DNA of 56,252 nucleotides, counting the filler, from Dugesia japonica (lineage: Eukaryota): NCBI GenBank assembly GCA_001938525.1. It is 5 parts of 5 records of this genome, joined end to end, with 100 filler letters (N's around TTAATTAATTAA, not from the genome) between each part and the next. Parts side by side here need not be neighbours in the genome. Positions count along the whole stretch, not along the records: positions 32,391 to 42,913 come from MQRL01627275.1; positions 43,014 to 56,252 come from MQRL01604122.1; 3 more parts are not named here. The stretch is one strand, 5' to 3'. The translations under genes were made by a program, and so were the position numbers. Below are positions 36,600 to 49,149 of this stretch, in pieces. Below the pieces are notes generated by a model that was given only the letters and a program-made list of their open reading frames with translations, did no database searches and had not been told where the DNA came from. Within the stretch, counting starts at the first letter, position 1, and each line of letters opens with the position of its first letter.

Positions 36600-36921
36600 A
36601 GTTAGTTGGGTTTTGAAAACTCACCGATTCATTAACATCAGAATTCAAATTCATTACAACGATTTATTAATATAAAAACGATAACCAACAGCATTTGTTA
36701 ATCAAACAAATTAAAATTCCGTAATTTAATTGGTGATATTTTTTCTAAAATTAAAAATTGAACGTTTTTATTTATTAAAAGTAATTTAATTCATTTAAAA
36801 ACATTTTATTTATTTACTTAATTTTCATTAAAAATTTAAATCTCTCTTTTAAACAAAAGATTTTAAAAATAAGATTAACAATCACATAAAAATTTCAACT
36901 TGCTTTTCAAAACCACTCACA
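36600..36921 (-). repeat. 5' LTR of gypsy copy 5, about 322 bp
   Basis: It starts with TGT, shares its first ~43 bp with the 3' LTR remnant and its last ~115 bp with the solo fragment at 525-641, contains AATAAA (36663-36668), and is followed by the PBS. Confidence 0.7.
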
Positions 36922-37489
36922 CTGATAATATTCAAAAAAATTTTATCAATAATAAATTTGAAAAGCTATTTAAATCAACCAATTTATATAATCTTAATTA
37001 TATTATATAATTGCACCAATATGCAACTTGTTTATATTTTGTTGCGAGTAGGAAAATATTAGATTAATAAATGAAAATTTTTTAAGAAGCTTATCAAATT
37101 AGAGTAAAAAAAATTTGCTTCTTTATTTTTTATTAAGTATTTCACTGTCATCAACTATTTACCAGACACGCAAAACGTAATATGTAGGATCGAATAATAA
37201 ATTCGTGAATATTAATCGGACCACATATACTAATTTAAAGACACTGAATACAAATATTAGTTTTATGTATCACATATTTCGTTTATGTTAATATAAGATT
37301 CAAAATAAAAAATTGAAATCGAAATAAAAAGTTTTATTTTTTTTATTTAAAAAAATATAAAAAATCATTAAAGATACACAAATTATTTATTTTGAAAATA
37401 AATTAATCATTTTACAAAATAAATTAATCATTTTTCAAAATAAATTAATGATTTTATCAACGCAGATAAGAGTGTAAATAAATTAGTTA

Positions 37490-38160
37490 AATTACTTCAT
37501 AATAATGGGTATTCTAAATTGTTTACAGACAAATTAGTTTATGAAACTTTGAATAAACTAAATCGTTATTTATCTCGTGCTGACGTGCGTGAGGTTATAG
37601 AAAAAAATCCTAAAATGGTATTTTCTTTACCTTATTCTGAAGGCTTTAAAAAATTCAAGAAAACTTTAAATATAAAAGTAGTATCTCAATCTCTAAACGT
37701 TATAAATATGTTCAATAATAAATCTATAATCTCTTTAGACGTGTGTTCTAATCTATTTAAATGTAATGTATGTAACGCTACATACATTGGATAGACTTCC
37801 AATCATCTCTTTACCAGAGTACAAGAGCATAGTCGAAATAGTGGAAATAGTAATATTGTTAAGCATTGAAGAAAATATAAATAGTCAATAGGGTCTTCTG
37901 TTTTGAAATTCTTGTGCAGTTGATTTAATAATTATCGGGAGAGAATAATGTGTGAAGCTTTGTTGATAAGTAGAAATAAATCCTAAAATTAAGGTTCAGT
38001 TGACAGATTCAATATCGCTTTTGAAATTATTTTATTGATTATTTATAGAGATTGCATAATTGAAATTATATAGTCATTTAAACTTTGTAAATAGTTTGTG
38101 TTAATGATCTTAAATTTCCTGATGATGACGGTTATTCCTTAGAAATTAATTGCAAATAAA
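37490..38160 (+). mobile_element. Penelope-like retroelement 3' part: RT C-terminus, GIY-YIG endonuclease and terminal region; decayed
   Basis: LHNNGYSK (LxxNGYP-like), SLPY, LFKCNVCNATYIG*TSNHLFTRVQEH, NIVKH and RERIMCEALLI. Confidence 0.85.
38114..38156 (+). ncRNA. Minimal type-I hammerhead ribozyme motif of the Penelope-like element, probably degenerate
   Basis: CTGATGA (38119-38125), stem II TGACGG-TTATT-CCTTA, GAAA (38142-38145), a palindromic TTAA in place of stem III, then TT. Stem I is ATTTC/GCAAAT and AATAAA follows. Confidence 0.65.
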
Positions 38161-38617
38161 TACTTAATTAAATGGCGTTATTTTATTTTTATGAAAAAGT
38201 TGTCAATGTTAGTTGAGTTTTTATTTAAAAAATTTTCAATTCATGTATATCATAAGATGACTACCTTATTTATGTTTCTTGCTTTCTGTTAAAACTACTA
38301 CGATTTGCCGACTGTTTCTGTGGTTACAGTACTGCGGTCTACTAAAAGTTTAATTTTAAAAATTTTGAAATAAAAAATTTAAAAATCTTATTTTAAAATT
38401 TATTACTTTTATTCATTTTTTAAAATTTTTTAATCTTTAACTTTCATTCCAAAATTTTTATCTCATTGATTTCAAAATTTTTAAATATTTTGAAATCAAA
38501 CTATTTTCAATATTTTAAAATTTAGATTATTCTAAAATAATTTAATTATAAATTCTACAAAAAACTCGAAGTCGAAATCTAGAAAATTCACCTATGCTAT
38601 TAATCTTTTCTTACAGA

Positions 38618-38854
38618 AGTAGATAGATAGTAGCGCACATAGCAACCCCCCCCCTCAAGGTCAAATTTTTTGAAGGTCAAAGTGGCTCATTATTTTCGAT
38701 TCTGATAGGCTGATTCATTTTGAATCACCTTGAAAATTCAACCTTGAAATGGATCAGCCAATCAGAATCGAGAAAAAAATGAGCCACTTTGACCTTCAAA
38801 AAATTTGACCTTGAGGGGTAGGGGGGTGGCTATGTGCGCTACTATCTATCTACT
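38618..38854. mobile_element. Foldback/palindromic non-autonomous DNA element, 237 bp, superfamily unassigned
   Basis: Roughly 100-bp inverted arms start AGTAGATAGATAGTAGCGCACATAGC; TACAGA is repeated directly on both flanks (38612-38617 and 38855-38860). Confidence 0.85.
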
Positions 38855-38963
38855 TACAGAGACTAAATCGAGAAACAATGAATTAATAAGTAAAAAGAAT
38901 ACAAATAAAATGAAAATTTAACATCTAGAAATTGTTGATTATGTTCATAAATTTATTCTGTAG

Positions 38964-39309
38964 CAGTACTGTCCAACTCATGGTCAGCCAAAACCAATCG
39001 AAATCATCATTGATTACTTGTTATTTCCTTATTACTGCACGCATAAAACACATAATTTAAGACGCTAAATACTCTAATTTTCTAAATTTTACATGTCTAT
39101 AAAATATAGGTTAGAAACAATTTTCCACAGTCTCTTTGTTCTAAATGAGGTATTCGAGCCCATTCACAGCCCAGCTGGGCTAACTTTCCATTAGGGGTAT
39201 CAATTTTTATCAACTAGATTCAGCTAGTAACCGACGTGAAGGATATGGTCCGTCGAATAACCGTTTGTTTAGCAAATTACATGTGGCATACAAAGTTTAG
39301 ACAGCATTT
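38964..39309. mobile_element. Possible old hAT-Charlie-like MITE
   Basis: Degenerate TIRs CAGTACTGTCCAA / TTAGACAGCATTT; the TSD is not convincing. Confidence 0.35.
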
Positions 39310-40599
39310 CTCTACAGATATCTTATGTTTTCTACGTATTTTAATTTAAAATTATTTTACGTACAAATGTTTAAAAAAAATAGGATTTATTTTGAATTTG
39401 AAACCATTTTTTATTTGTTTTTTTTTACTAAACTAATGGCCTAGTAAAAATAACACAAATGTTTTGATATTGAAAAAAAGCCATTGGTTTAATAACGAGT
39501 AATATCTGATAACGGGGAAACAGTAATAATAAATAATTCAACCGTATAGATTAAATATTGCTCAAATTGTTAAAATCACATTTTATGTTTTGAGTTAAAA
39601 CTATATATTTGCTGCAATACAATAGAAATATTAAGCCTAGTCGAATTTGTGATAATGTGCAATTTATTCAAATAATAATGAGAATGTAGTTGTATAAAGT
39701 TAATACTGCTTAAATTAACGTGTAAGTTTTAAAACCCATTTCTGAAAAATCCATCTTACAGAATAATTTTTAAATATTTAACAATTCCCAACAAAAATGT
39801 TAATATCAATCCATACAAAGAAAATGAATAAATTAAAATCAATTGTTGAATTATGTTTCTGCGTTTTAAAAAAATCTTTTCTATAGAATCGAATACGATG
39901 AAATATGGAAACAAATTAAAAAAACATATTAATGAATTCAATGAACTACGTATTTTATCTGGGAACAACCGCAATGAATTTATTTATTGTTTAGTAAACA
40001 ATGAAATAATAAGAGTAGTTTATTTATAAATGAAAATGAAATTCATTTCAGTGTAATTTAATAAAAATTCATCAGCAAAAATATCAAAATGGGTTAAGTA
40101 GTGAATTTTTAAATGAAAAACCGTTTGAAAATATTGTTGTACAAAAATATGAAATATGAAAAGGTAACAATTTATATATCATTCATATTCGTGAATCAAT
40201 TCATGAGGGTGTGGTAGATTTTATTTCAAGTGAGATTGAAAGATCAATTTAGTAATAAACCGAATTGAAAAACTCAATAAGATAAAAACATAAAAAGCAA
40301 AAACGTACTCATACTAAAGATATGGTAATTCAGAATTGTTCAATTAATAATTTAGGAAGCGTATTTTAACTGGAAAACAAACTCATTGATTAATTTAGAA
40401 ATGAATCGTTATTTACCATAATTTTGTTTACGGCACATTTCAGATAGTGTAATATTTAAAGGTTAGTGATGCATTTGTTGTGTTTTCGGTCGATATTAGT
40501 TTTTATACCTTCTCACACGATGAAAGAATTAATTTAATTAATTTCAATATTTAATGTTCAGACTCAATCAATAAATTCATTTAATTGAAATTTTGTTCA

Positions 40600-41500
40600 A
40601 TTCGAATACTATATATTCCATATTTTGTTCTAAGAACTTATTAATAATTCTGTAAATAGAATTCTATCTTGTAATTACATCTTGAATCCATTTTATTATT
40701 TTCTCGATGTTCTTCAAACAAAAATGTTTCTGTCATACTACTTTTAAGATAACTGACAATGTGAATACCTTTTTTAATAATAAATCCAAACTATCATTCT
40801 TTCTTTCTTTCATGATTGATAATTTTAAACTATGAACAAAACCAATAAGATTTCTTTCTAAATTACGATTAATTTCTTTTAAAATGTTTGGAGAACTATC
40901 ATGAATAATCGAAACTTATTTACTTTTGATGTTCTATTACCTCAAATTCATTATTAAAATTTTCATTTGTCATCAACTATAAGTTTCATAAGGAAGTATA
41001 ATATTGATAATAAAAACTTTAGAATGTAAATTGATCATCAATAGATTGAGACGCTATTGATATGTAATAATCGTTTGAAACTAAGATCCACATTACAGTA
41101 ACAACACTTACATATGAGGTGATTAGTAATATACTTTGAATGTTGTTTTGATTATCCTGATAAATTTGTAGAAAAATTAATGAAGAGAATTATTTTTTTG
41201 GTGGAATTTTCAATGAATAATCGAGATTAGATAAAATTCTTTAAGGGTTTTTTAATCGATAAAAACAGATGGAAGCCATCAGACAGAGCAAGTTAAAATA
41301 AATATTTTTCAGCATTTTGTGTTACAACAATAATTGGAGTTTCATTAATGATGTTCTTTTGATTTTTTTATATGGTATAACATACCATTTTTCTTTATTT
41401 AATAAGACCTGATGACCACACTTTAATGATTTATTACTGTCTTCACCTATTTCCACAAAAAATCTCCACATATCATTTCGTTCACATCTTTTCCTGCTAG
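40600..41500 (-). mobile_element. hAT (Ac/ZBED-type) transposase pseudogene
   Basis: Ordered minus-strand remnants: BED-like NDMWRFF...LKCGH, YVSVVTVMW...YISIASQSIDD, IHDSSPNI (TDNASNM-like), FVHSLKL (CFAHTLNL-like) and IQDVITR*NSIY (TRWNSTY-like). Confidence 0.75.
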
Positions 41501-42913
41501 CATGCAATAAACGACATTCCATTTTTAGGATCCTTCTTTTCAATTAATAAATTCATAAAATTTAATAAAACCAATTTATTAATAATTTATTATAAATAAT
41601 TAATAAAAATTATTATTAATACCAATTCCTAACTACAAATTTTTGGAAAATTCAAATTTATAATGCAAGGAACGGTTTATTTTCTCAAGATAATATAATA
41701 AATGTCATCATTTCGGCCTGTTTAATTATTTCTATTTAAAAATTTAAATGAATAAAAAATAAGTTGCGACTAAGATGTATTGGATTTGGATCTTTTTAAG
41801 TGTAAAAAATTTATTTAGAACGAACTATATTTTTTAAAATAAATAACAGATCTATTTATTTATTTAATAATTCATTTATAATTGTTAGATGAGTTTTGAG
41901 TACTCATCGGATCATCAACATCAAAATGCAAATCCATACTAAAATTTATTTCAAATAAAAGCTATAAGTATACATTTGCTTTTTTCAAACNAACTTAAAA
42001 ATTCATATTTAAAAAACGGAAAATGATAAATTATTTGATTTTAAAATTTCATTANTATCCAATTTTATTCTATTTAAAATATCTTTAAATTTTACAATTT
42101 ATTTTATAAATTATTTTTCTTATAGAAATTTAAATACAAATTTGATTTTAATAAATTCAGTTTTAAAATACAAAAAATTTAAGTCTGTTTTCAAAAAAAC
42201 TATCTTATAGTAATGTTAAAGAAAAAGAAAAATCTATAAAAATATAATATATATTGCATTTAAATCAACAGAATAATTAGCAAACAATTTATTCAATTAT
42301 TTATCCAATTTTTTTTATAATTTAAAGCAGTGTTTCTCAAGTTTTGTTTACATCATTGAGTACTTGTAGAGGAATTTAAATTAAATTGCAATTTAATAAA
42401 TTATGAAATCCAGAGTAAAATAAAAAAAATAATGAAGTAAAGTATTACTCATTCTGTTTAAAAGAGTAAAGAAATGAACAACTAGTTTAAAATATTAAAT
42501 GAAAGACTAGATTTAAATATGGAAGCTGTACCAATCTACGGATTTTTAAATAGTGCAGAAATCTTTTTGCGGGCGCACAATTCGAGAAATTAAAAATAAT
42601 TTATTCGTTATTTCACGAAGAGTTAATCAAAGTGGAATTGTTTAATTATTACTTTGCATTGAAGGAATATACTTTCAATAATAACTCATTTTACTTATTA
42701 ATTTAGATCAGAATGGATGATATTTAAAGTAACTTAACTTTTGTCCAATAGATAAATATTTTTCTTTTTCAAACTCGGAAAATAATTGAACAATTCTTTG
42801 CGTATAGAAGTGAAATATTTGACCACTTTGTATTTTGTCGGTATTGCCAGATCTTTATGCATAATAAGGAAATTACGTTTTTTCCGCTTTTATAAAAACA
42901 ATAGTTTATTTCC

Positions 42914-43013
42914 NNNNNNNNNNNNNNNNNNNNNNNNNNNNNNNNNNNNNNNNNNNNTTAATTAATTAANNNNNNNNNNNNNNNNNNNNNNNNNNNNNNN
43001 NNNNNNNNNNNNN
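42914..43013. other. Artificial contig-joining spacer
   Basis: N44-TTAATTAATTAA-N44. Confidence 0.95.
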
Positions 43014-44519
43014 ATAATAATAATAATAATAATAATAATAAATGATAATAATAATAATAGTATGTAGATAAAAGCTCATGTAAACACACCCACCCTCGTC
43101 AACAGATACCAAGAATTTACGAAAATGATATATAGATTTTCATAATGGAAAAATGTTTTTTAATATTTTATTAGAAATACTTTTGAAATTAAAAAGATAA
43201 TTTTTTTTAAATATTTTTAAATTTTGAAAAAACAGGGTGTTATTTCATTAATCAGATCAGATTTAGAATCTATGTACGCGTAATGTGCAGTTGCATGTTT
43301 TTGTGTTATTTTCATTTTAATGTGTCAAATGTGTTAATCGATATTCACAAAAATTCCTTTACACATTTAACTGCAATATGCACTTATTGATTTTCATTTT
43401 TTTAAATTCAAATTGTTGCAACCGAAAAACTGTCTATACAATGTCTGAAGGACTAGTACCAAAAAAACTTGGGGATGAGAGTACAAAGGAATTTATCTCA
43501 CTGAACCACATGTTTGGTTATGGTATATTTTCAAATTAATTGTTTCAGTTCTTCTAGTCTGATTGCGACAATTCTTGTATTAATGGATGCGTTATTGGTA
43601 AATACACAATACTATAATATATTCAAATTCACTACGTCAATACTAGAATCAATACTTCACAAAAACTGTTAAAAAATTTCTTAAAAAACGTGAATTGAAT
43701 ATTTTCCATCACAATCATCGAGTGTTTGATACCACCGGATAGAGAATTAAAAACTTCTTGTACATTACCTAAATGAACACCTTGATTTATGAAATACTTT
43801 GGTTATTTATTAAATCCAGTCAATTTACATAGCAATTCATTAAGACATATTCATAAATTTTGTATGTATATTACAATTTTTCTTACAAATATTAGGTTTA
43901 CTAAAACACAACTACTCATACAAAATATGTATTAATTTCATTAAGTTATACACAAATCTACAAAAATGCTAAAATGTATGACTCATATTCTTTGTTATGT
44001 TTGCGTCTGTATTGCATTCATCTTGAATTCAGAAGCACACACACAAAATTTTCGTGCTTTTGATATAGAAGTCAGCTTGAGGACACACTGATTCTATAGT
44101 ACAATATTATAACATATATCATAACACATCCATTTATTATAGTTAATAACCTGCTAAATCAGCCTAACCTAATAGATTTTCTCATAAGAAATCAATAGAA
44201 TTTCTTTCAGGAAACCGATAGAGTTTCGAACAACAAACCAACAATTCTTCAGCTTCATATAAGAAATCATCGGAGCTTCAAAAGGTTTTAACAACCAGAA
44301 AATTACTAGAAAATGACAAATATTTACTAGCACTATATTATACTAGTGTAAATAAATTAGAAATGCTATACATGTGTATATGTATGCAAATATACTAATT
44401 TCAATAATCTGTCATTAAAACAAAATTAATTGATACTAGTTTTTTAGACAATGTATTGGTAGTTTTTTTATTTTCTATACATTACTATCAAAAAGGTCTT
44501 GTACGCAATAGTAGACATT

Positions 44520-45070
44520 TTCTGTACACGTTGTTTTGGAATAAAATATTGATTAATCGATTTTAAAAATATTATGGAAACATCGTCGTTCCATTATGTA
44601 TCCAACGATACATTATTTCTTTAAATTGTACCAGAATTAAAAATACTGGATAAACTCTTTCTCATCCACTCAAATATTCAACAACTGTTTACATACGCTA
44701 GTACTCTTTATACACTAAAAGTCATTTGGGCAAGGTCTAAACAGGTTGAAACTCATAAGCAACGATTTTGTTTTGAAAAAGTGAAAATTCATAAGTGCGC
44801 AGTGTAATTGAGTGTGTAAACGGTGTTTCAAGAATATTGGTTAGCACATGTTGCATATTAAAACGGAAAAATCATCAAAATATGGAACTACACACATTGC
44901 TCGTGCATATTTGATCCGATTAGAAAAATTTTATCCTATTTTTGAAAAATTCATCGATTTGATTTTAAACGTTTTCACACCAAAGAAACTTTTAATCACG
45001 AAAACAATACATTTTTGCAAGAATTTTTTTTATCTATTGGTGAGGGAAGAAGATGTTTACATGCGCTATT
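44520..45070 (-). mobile_element. Very decayed mariner C-terminal fragment
   Basis: Minus-strand GACCTTGCCCAAATGACTTT resembles DLAPxDF with a frameshift, and a downstream YRW remnant is present. Confidence 0.4.
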
Positions 45071-46748
45071 NNNNNNNNNNNNNNNNNNNNNNNNNNNNNN
45101 NNNNNNNNNNNNNNNNNNNNNNNNNNNNNNNNNNNNNNNNNNNNNNNNNNNNNNNNNNNNNNNNNNNNNNNNNNNNNNNNNNNNNNNNNNNNNNNNNNNN
45201 NNNNNNNNNNNNNNNNNNNNNNNNNNNNNNNNNNNNNNNNNNNTTAATTTTAATATTAATAATAGCTAGAGATTTTCATTTGATTTATTTGATGAACTTT
45301 TGGTAATATTAGAGAAATATTTCAAAGGCATTTGTATTAAAGTTGGAGAAATAAATAATTTAAATCATTACATTAGGTATTCTTAAATCAATTTCTTAAT
45401 TTTTAAGGAATAACCAATTTGTCGCAATTTGTAAACAATTGATTTTCACATATTATTTTTTATTTTTTTAACCGCGAAAGTGTTACACCTTAATCGAAAC
45501 AATAATTTTTTATATTTTTGTATTTCTTTGGCACTAATCTCCATAACTTTAAAGTAAACAATGAATTTTTATTGTTTTTTAACTGCGAATTTACGAGCAT
45601 TCTGCATTAGATATTAGTTATATGTTTTTATTATTCTGAAACTTTGTTAGTAAAAATGTGATAAAATTTCAAAACTTGTAAACAATTTTAAGAAATTAAT
45701 TTATAAACTAATGAAGATTTAATTAAGTATTTTCAAAATTAAGAAAACAAACTAAGTCTTGATTGTTGTTGGGAAATGTGATCAGATGGAGTTGTCGTTA
45801 CTGAGTCACGTAGCAGGCATCCAACTAGAAGNNNNNNNNNNNNNNNNNNNNNNNNNNNNNNNNNNNNNNNNNNNNNNNNNNNNNNNNNNNNNNNNNNNAA
45901 AAAAAAAAAAAAACTTTTCAAAAATTTTCAATATTTCCCAAATTTTCGGTTTTATCTTTTTCAGGAGTTATGATGGATTTATTAAATTTTAAGGTAAATA
46001 AATATTTTGTTTTAATTAAATCTCTTTTATCCGGATTTTGATTGGATAACATTATTAAAAATTTTATTAATGTCTGGTTTCAATTATTTGATTAAAATTT
46101 CTTCGCGGTTCTTTTTATGGAGTGATGATATATCGTAGTAATCTAATATTATGAATATTTTGAATATTATTATCGCGTGTAAAATGCTTATAGACTTCAC
46201 TGTTCTTCTGTTTGAAATATTTCACTTACATATAAGTTATTGTATATGATATTTACTTTTATTTTTATTTATTTTAGAATTGAATAAATCAATCACAACT
46301 CCTGAAGAAGATAAGATCAAACATTTGGGAAAAATAAATAATTTTTGTGATCAATAGTTAAGAATTTAAAAAAAACGAGTAATTACCAAAAAGGTAACTT
46401 TCACAATAAACAAAACGATAATAAAGGTTTTTTATTATAAATGTAAACAAACACGACATGCGTTGATTAATAGATTATTTATTTTAAAAAAACATTTTTT
46501 TTTGTTTTAGCGGCTTAGAAAACTGATGCCGATGGAAAAGAAATTTCATTTTGAAACTTCTTCGGTAAAAATGCAATAAAATCCTAAGATTTGAAAACAC
46601 TTAAAATTGAATCTTGATTTGTTATATTCAGAAAATATTATTGAGATTTTTTGTTTAACATTTTTATAAATACTTTTTCAAAAAGAAATAAATTTGAATT
46701 GAATTTGAGAGTTAATTTTTCGTTCACCAGATCATCAACGAAATTGAA

Positions 46749-47082
46749 TTAATTCACTTTGAATCTAACTACTTAGGTTCTCTCATTTACGCCAGGTTTT
46801 ACTAATTCTCCTGGTAAAATCAACCTAACAGCGGTTAGAATTTCTCTGATTAAAATGATTGATTTCTTTTTGTAGCTGTATAATTTACTAGCTTCAAAAG
46901 CAATCATTTTGTATAGATCATTGACAAAACTGTTCATAATTAACAAGGATTTACTAGAAATTCTATTATTAGAATGAACTTGTCCTAAAACTTTGTAAAC
47001 GTAAACACCATTTGTGAATTATTTTCTTTTTATTTGATTTAACAAAATCTCTGCAAATCTCTTTAACAGATTTTGCTGCTAT
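46749..47082 (-). pseudogene. H2B: Histone H2B-like pseudogene, divergent and intronless
   Basis: One frame from 47009 down reads [85 protein letters not shown]. It has a premature stop at 46773-46775, a frameshift in the N-tail, and ATA where ATG is expected. The ORF track missed it. Confidence 0.9.
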
Positions 47083-47326
47083 TTTCAACTTTTATTTTTA
47101 GATATTTTATTTCTAAATAATTTTAACGTTTTTCGTTACTACCAACTGTTTATTACACTCTCAAATTTTATATTCTGTAATTCAGTTTGTATTTGTATTA
47201 AAATGTTTTTAAGAATAAACAATTTACACTGTTTTTATTTTGTTTTATACTGAAATTATACTGAAAGATCCAATTACCTTAGGTTCAAAAGATTGTACAT
47301 TTTCTCTTTAAACATTTAATAATCTT

Positions 47327-47402
47327 TCTCTAGTTCTCTAAATCTCTAGTTCTCTAGTTCTCTAGTTCTCTAGTTCTCTAGTTCTCTAGTTCTCTAGTTC
47401 TC
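47327..47402. repeat. 8-bp tandem repeat (TCTCTAGT)n, about 9 copies
   Basis: Directly visible. Confidence 0.9.
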
Positions 47403-47724
47403 CTTTAGTTTTACAGAAATTTTTAACAACTATCTTTTACAAGAAGTATTCTTTGAAAAGACATAAAATTTTTATGCGTATTTATTTTAAACGTATTTCA
47501 TATCTTAATAATGTTTGTTATTTATTCTAATTTCGACAATTATTTTATTTTAGGATTTTTCAGGAAAATTCTTTTCCAAAAATTTATTAAGTAACATAAT
47601 AATTGGAAATTAAAATTTTTTTTGCATTTCTTTGCATTTATTGAAGATATTTTGATATAAATTTAGGAAATCTCGTAGAATATATTTTATAAAATTTTAA
47701 ATATAAATAATTTTTATTAGTGAC

Positions 47725-47728
<4 letters not shown>

Positions 47729-47779
<51 letters not shown>
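47729..47779. repeat. (TAT)n microsatellite
   Basis: Directly visible. Confidence 0.9.
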
Positions 47780-47780
<1 letters not shown>

Positions 47781-49149
47781 TATTAGTATTCTTATTATTT
47801 ACTTCAGAAATATCAAATTTCTTTTATTTGATAGAGACCGCAAATATTATTTTTTCTAAATCTAATCAGCAATCGATATCAGTCAAATTATTTTTTTATA
47901 AAATAATTTTAAAAAAACCAATTTAGTAATTTTGAGTTTTGATAATTTCATTTTAATTTCAATTGGAAAGATCTAAAGAAAATCTAAAATTCTCAGCCAA
48001 ATAGTCATATATTTTCATTTATTAAATTAAATAGAGAGAATAACTAAAATAAATCAACCGGAAACAATAAAATATGATTACAAATATTTAATTGAAACAG
48101 AATTAATTAAATTAAAAGAATTTAGAAAATAAGAAATTTATTTATGAACAGAGTTGAATTTGAAAACATTTGACTGAATTGAATAATGTTAAATTAATTT
48201 ATTTATTTATTTATTTATTTTTTTATTTATGTTTATAAAAAATGGATTAAGAAATGGATTAATAAAGAAAAATATTGTCTAAAATTCGAATAACTACAGA
48301 AAATCTTTTTAATTTGCATTTTTTCATTAACATTAACATTAAAGAAATGAAATCAAAAGTTAAATCCAAGAATTATACTAAAAAATAAATTTAATTGTAA
48401 AATTTAATATTACTGATATGAATTTAATAACATTCAAAAAAAACATTAGTTTAAAACTTTATGAAAAATAATGATGTTTATTGAAAAATTGTTTCATTAT
48501 TAAAATTTAAATAAATATAAACAATATATATTTTCTAATTCATTCTAAATAAAATAATCAAAAATAATATAAACTAATAAATGCAAATAAATAAAAATCC
48601 TCATGTAAAAGAACTTAATTGTAAATTCATTGGATAAATACTATTAAAAATTATCTCAAAGATTTCCGGTAACAATTATTTCAATTTAAAAGATGATCAT
48701 TCAAAAATTAATTAGTTTACTGATTTAAACAATAAAATATAAGGATTATTTAAAGATAAGAAATAGCGAATTATTCTAATAATAGTATAAATGAATAATT
48801 ATTTATTTATATTTCTATTGAAGAGTCTACTCACTGATCTAATTATAGTTATACATTTCATCCACAAATTTATTCTTCACTTTCTCAGAGTGGCTCGCTT
48901 CAGATGCAACAAATGAAAGTAGTAATTATATAAACGTTTTACAGCTGACGATGGAAATAAAAATGACATCTTGAGACAATAATACAAAATTAAAGCTGAG
49001 GTCAATTATATAAGTTGTTGCGTGAGTTTGTAGCCAGTAGCTTTTTATTTGTCATTAACTTCCACGTTCTCTAGTTTTCATTTCATTTTGATTGGAAGCA
49101 TTTTTCTAAAAACAAAGATAAATTTTCCATGCTTTATATATATATATAT

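Larger units (their letters stand above)
32546..36921 (-). mobile_element. Ty3/gypsy copy 5: near full length (~4.4 kb), inactivated
   Basis: The order is gag (CCHC remnants ~35830-36050), protease (CLWDTGARINVM), RT (LCLDFRQLN, VYLDDILIF), RNase H (DASFDTIG) and integrase (SSPYHHNANGQIER). A ~43-bp direct repeat at 32546-32588 and 36879-36921 marks the LTR starts (TGT on the minus strand). Confidence 0.95.

Noticed and set aside
46279-46564. Two exon-like segments with AG/GT boundaries upstream of the PDE4 exon
   Set aside because: The first has stops in its best frame and neither resembles PDE4 UCR1 or UCR2.
47720-47926. Poly-Tyr ORF
   Set aside because: It is the translation of a (TAT)n microsatellite.
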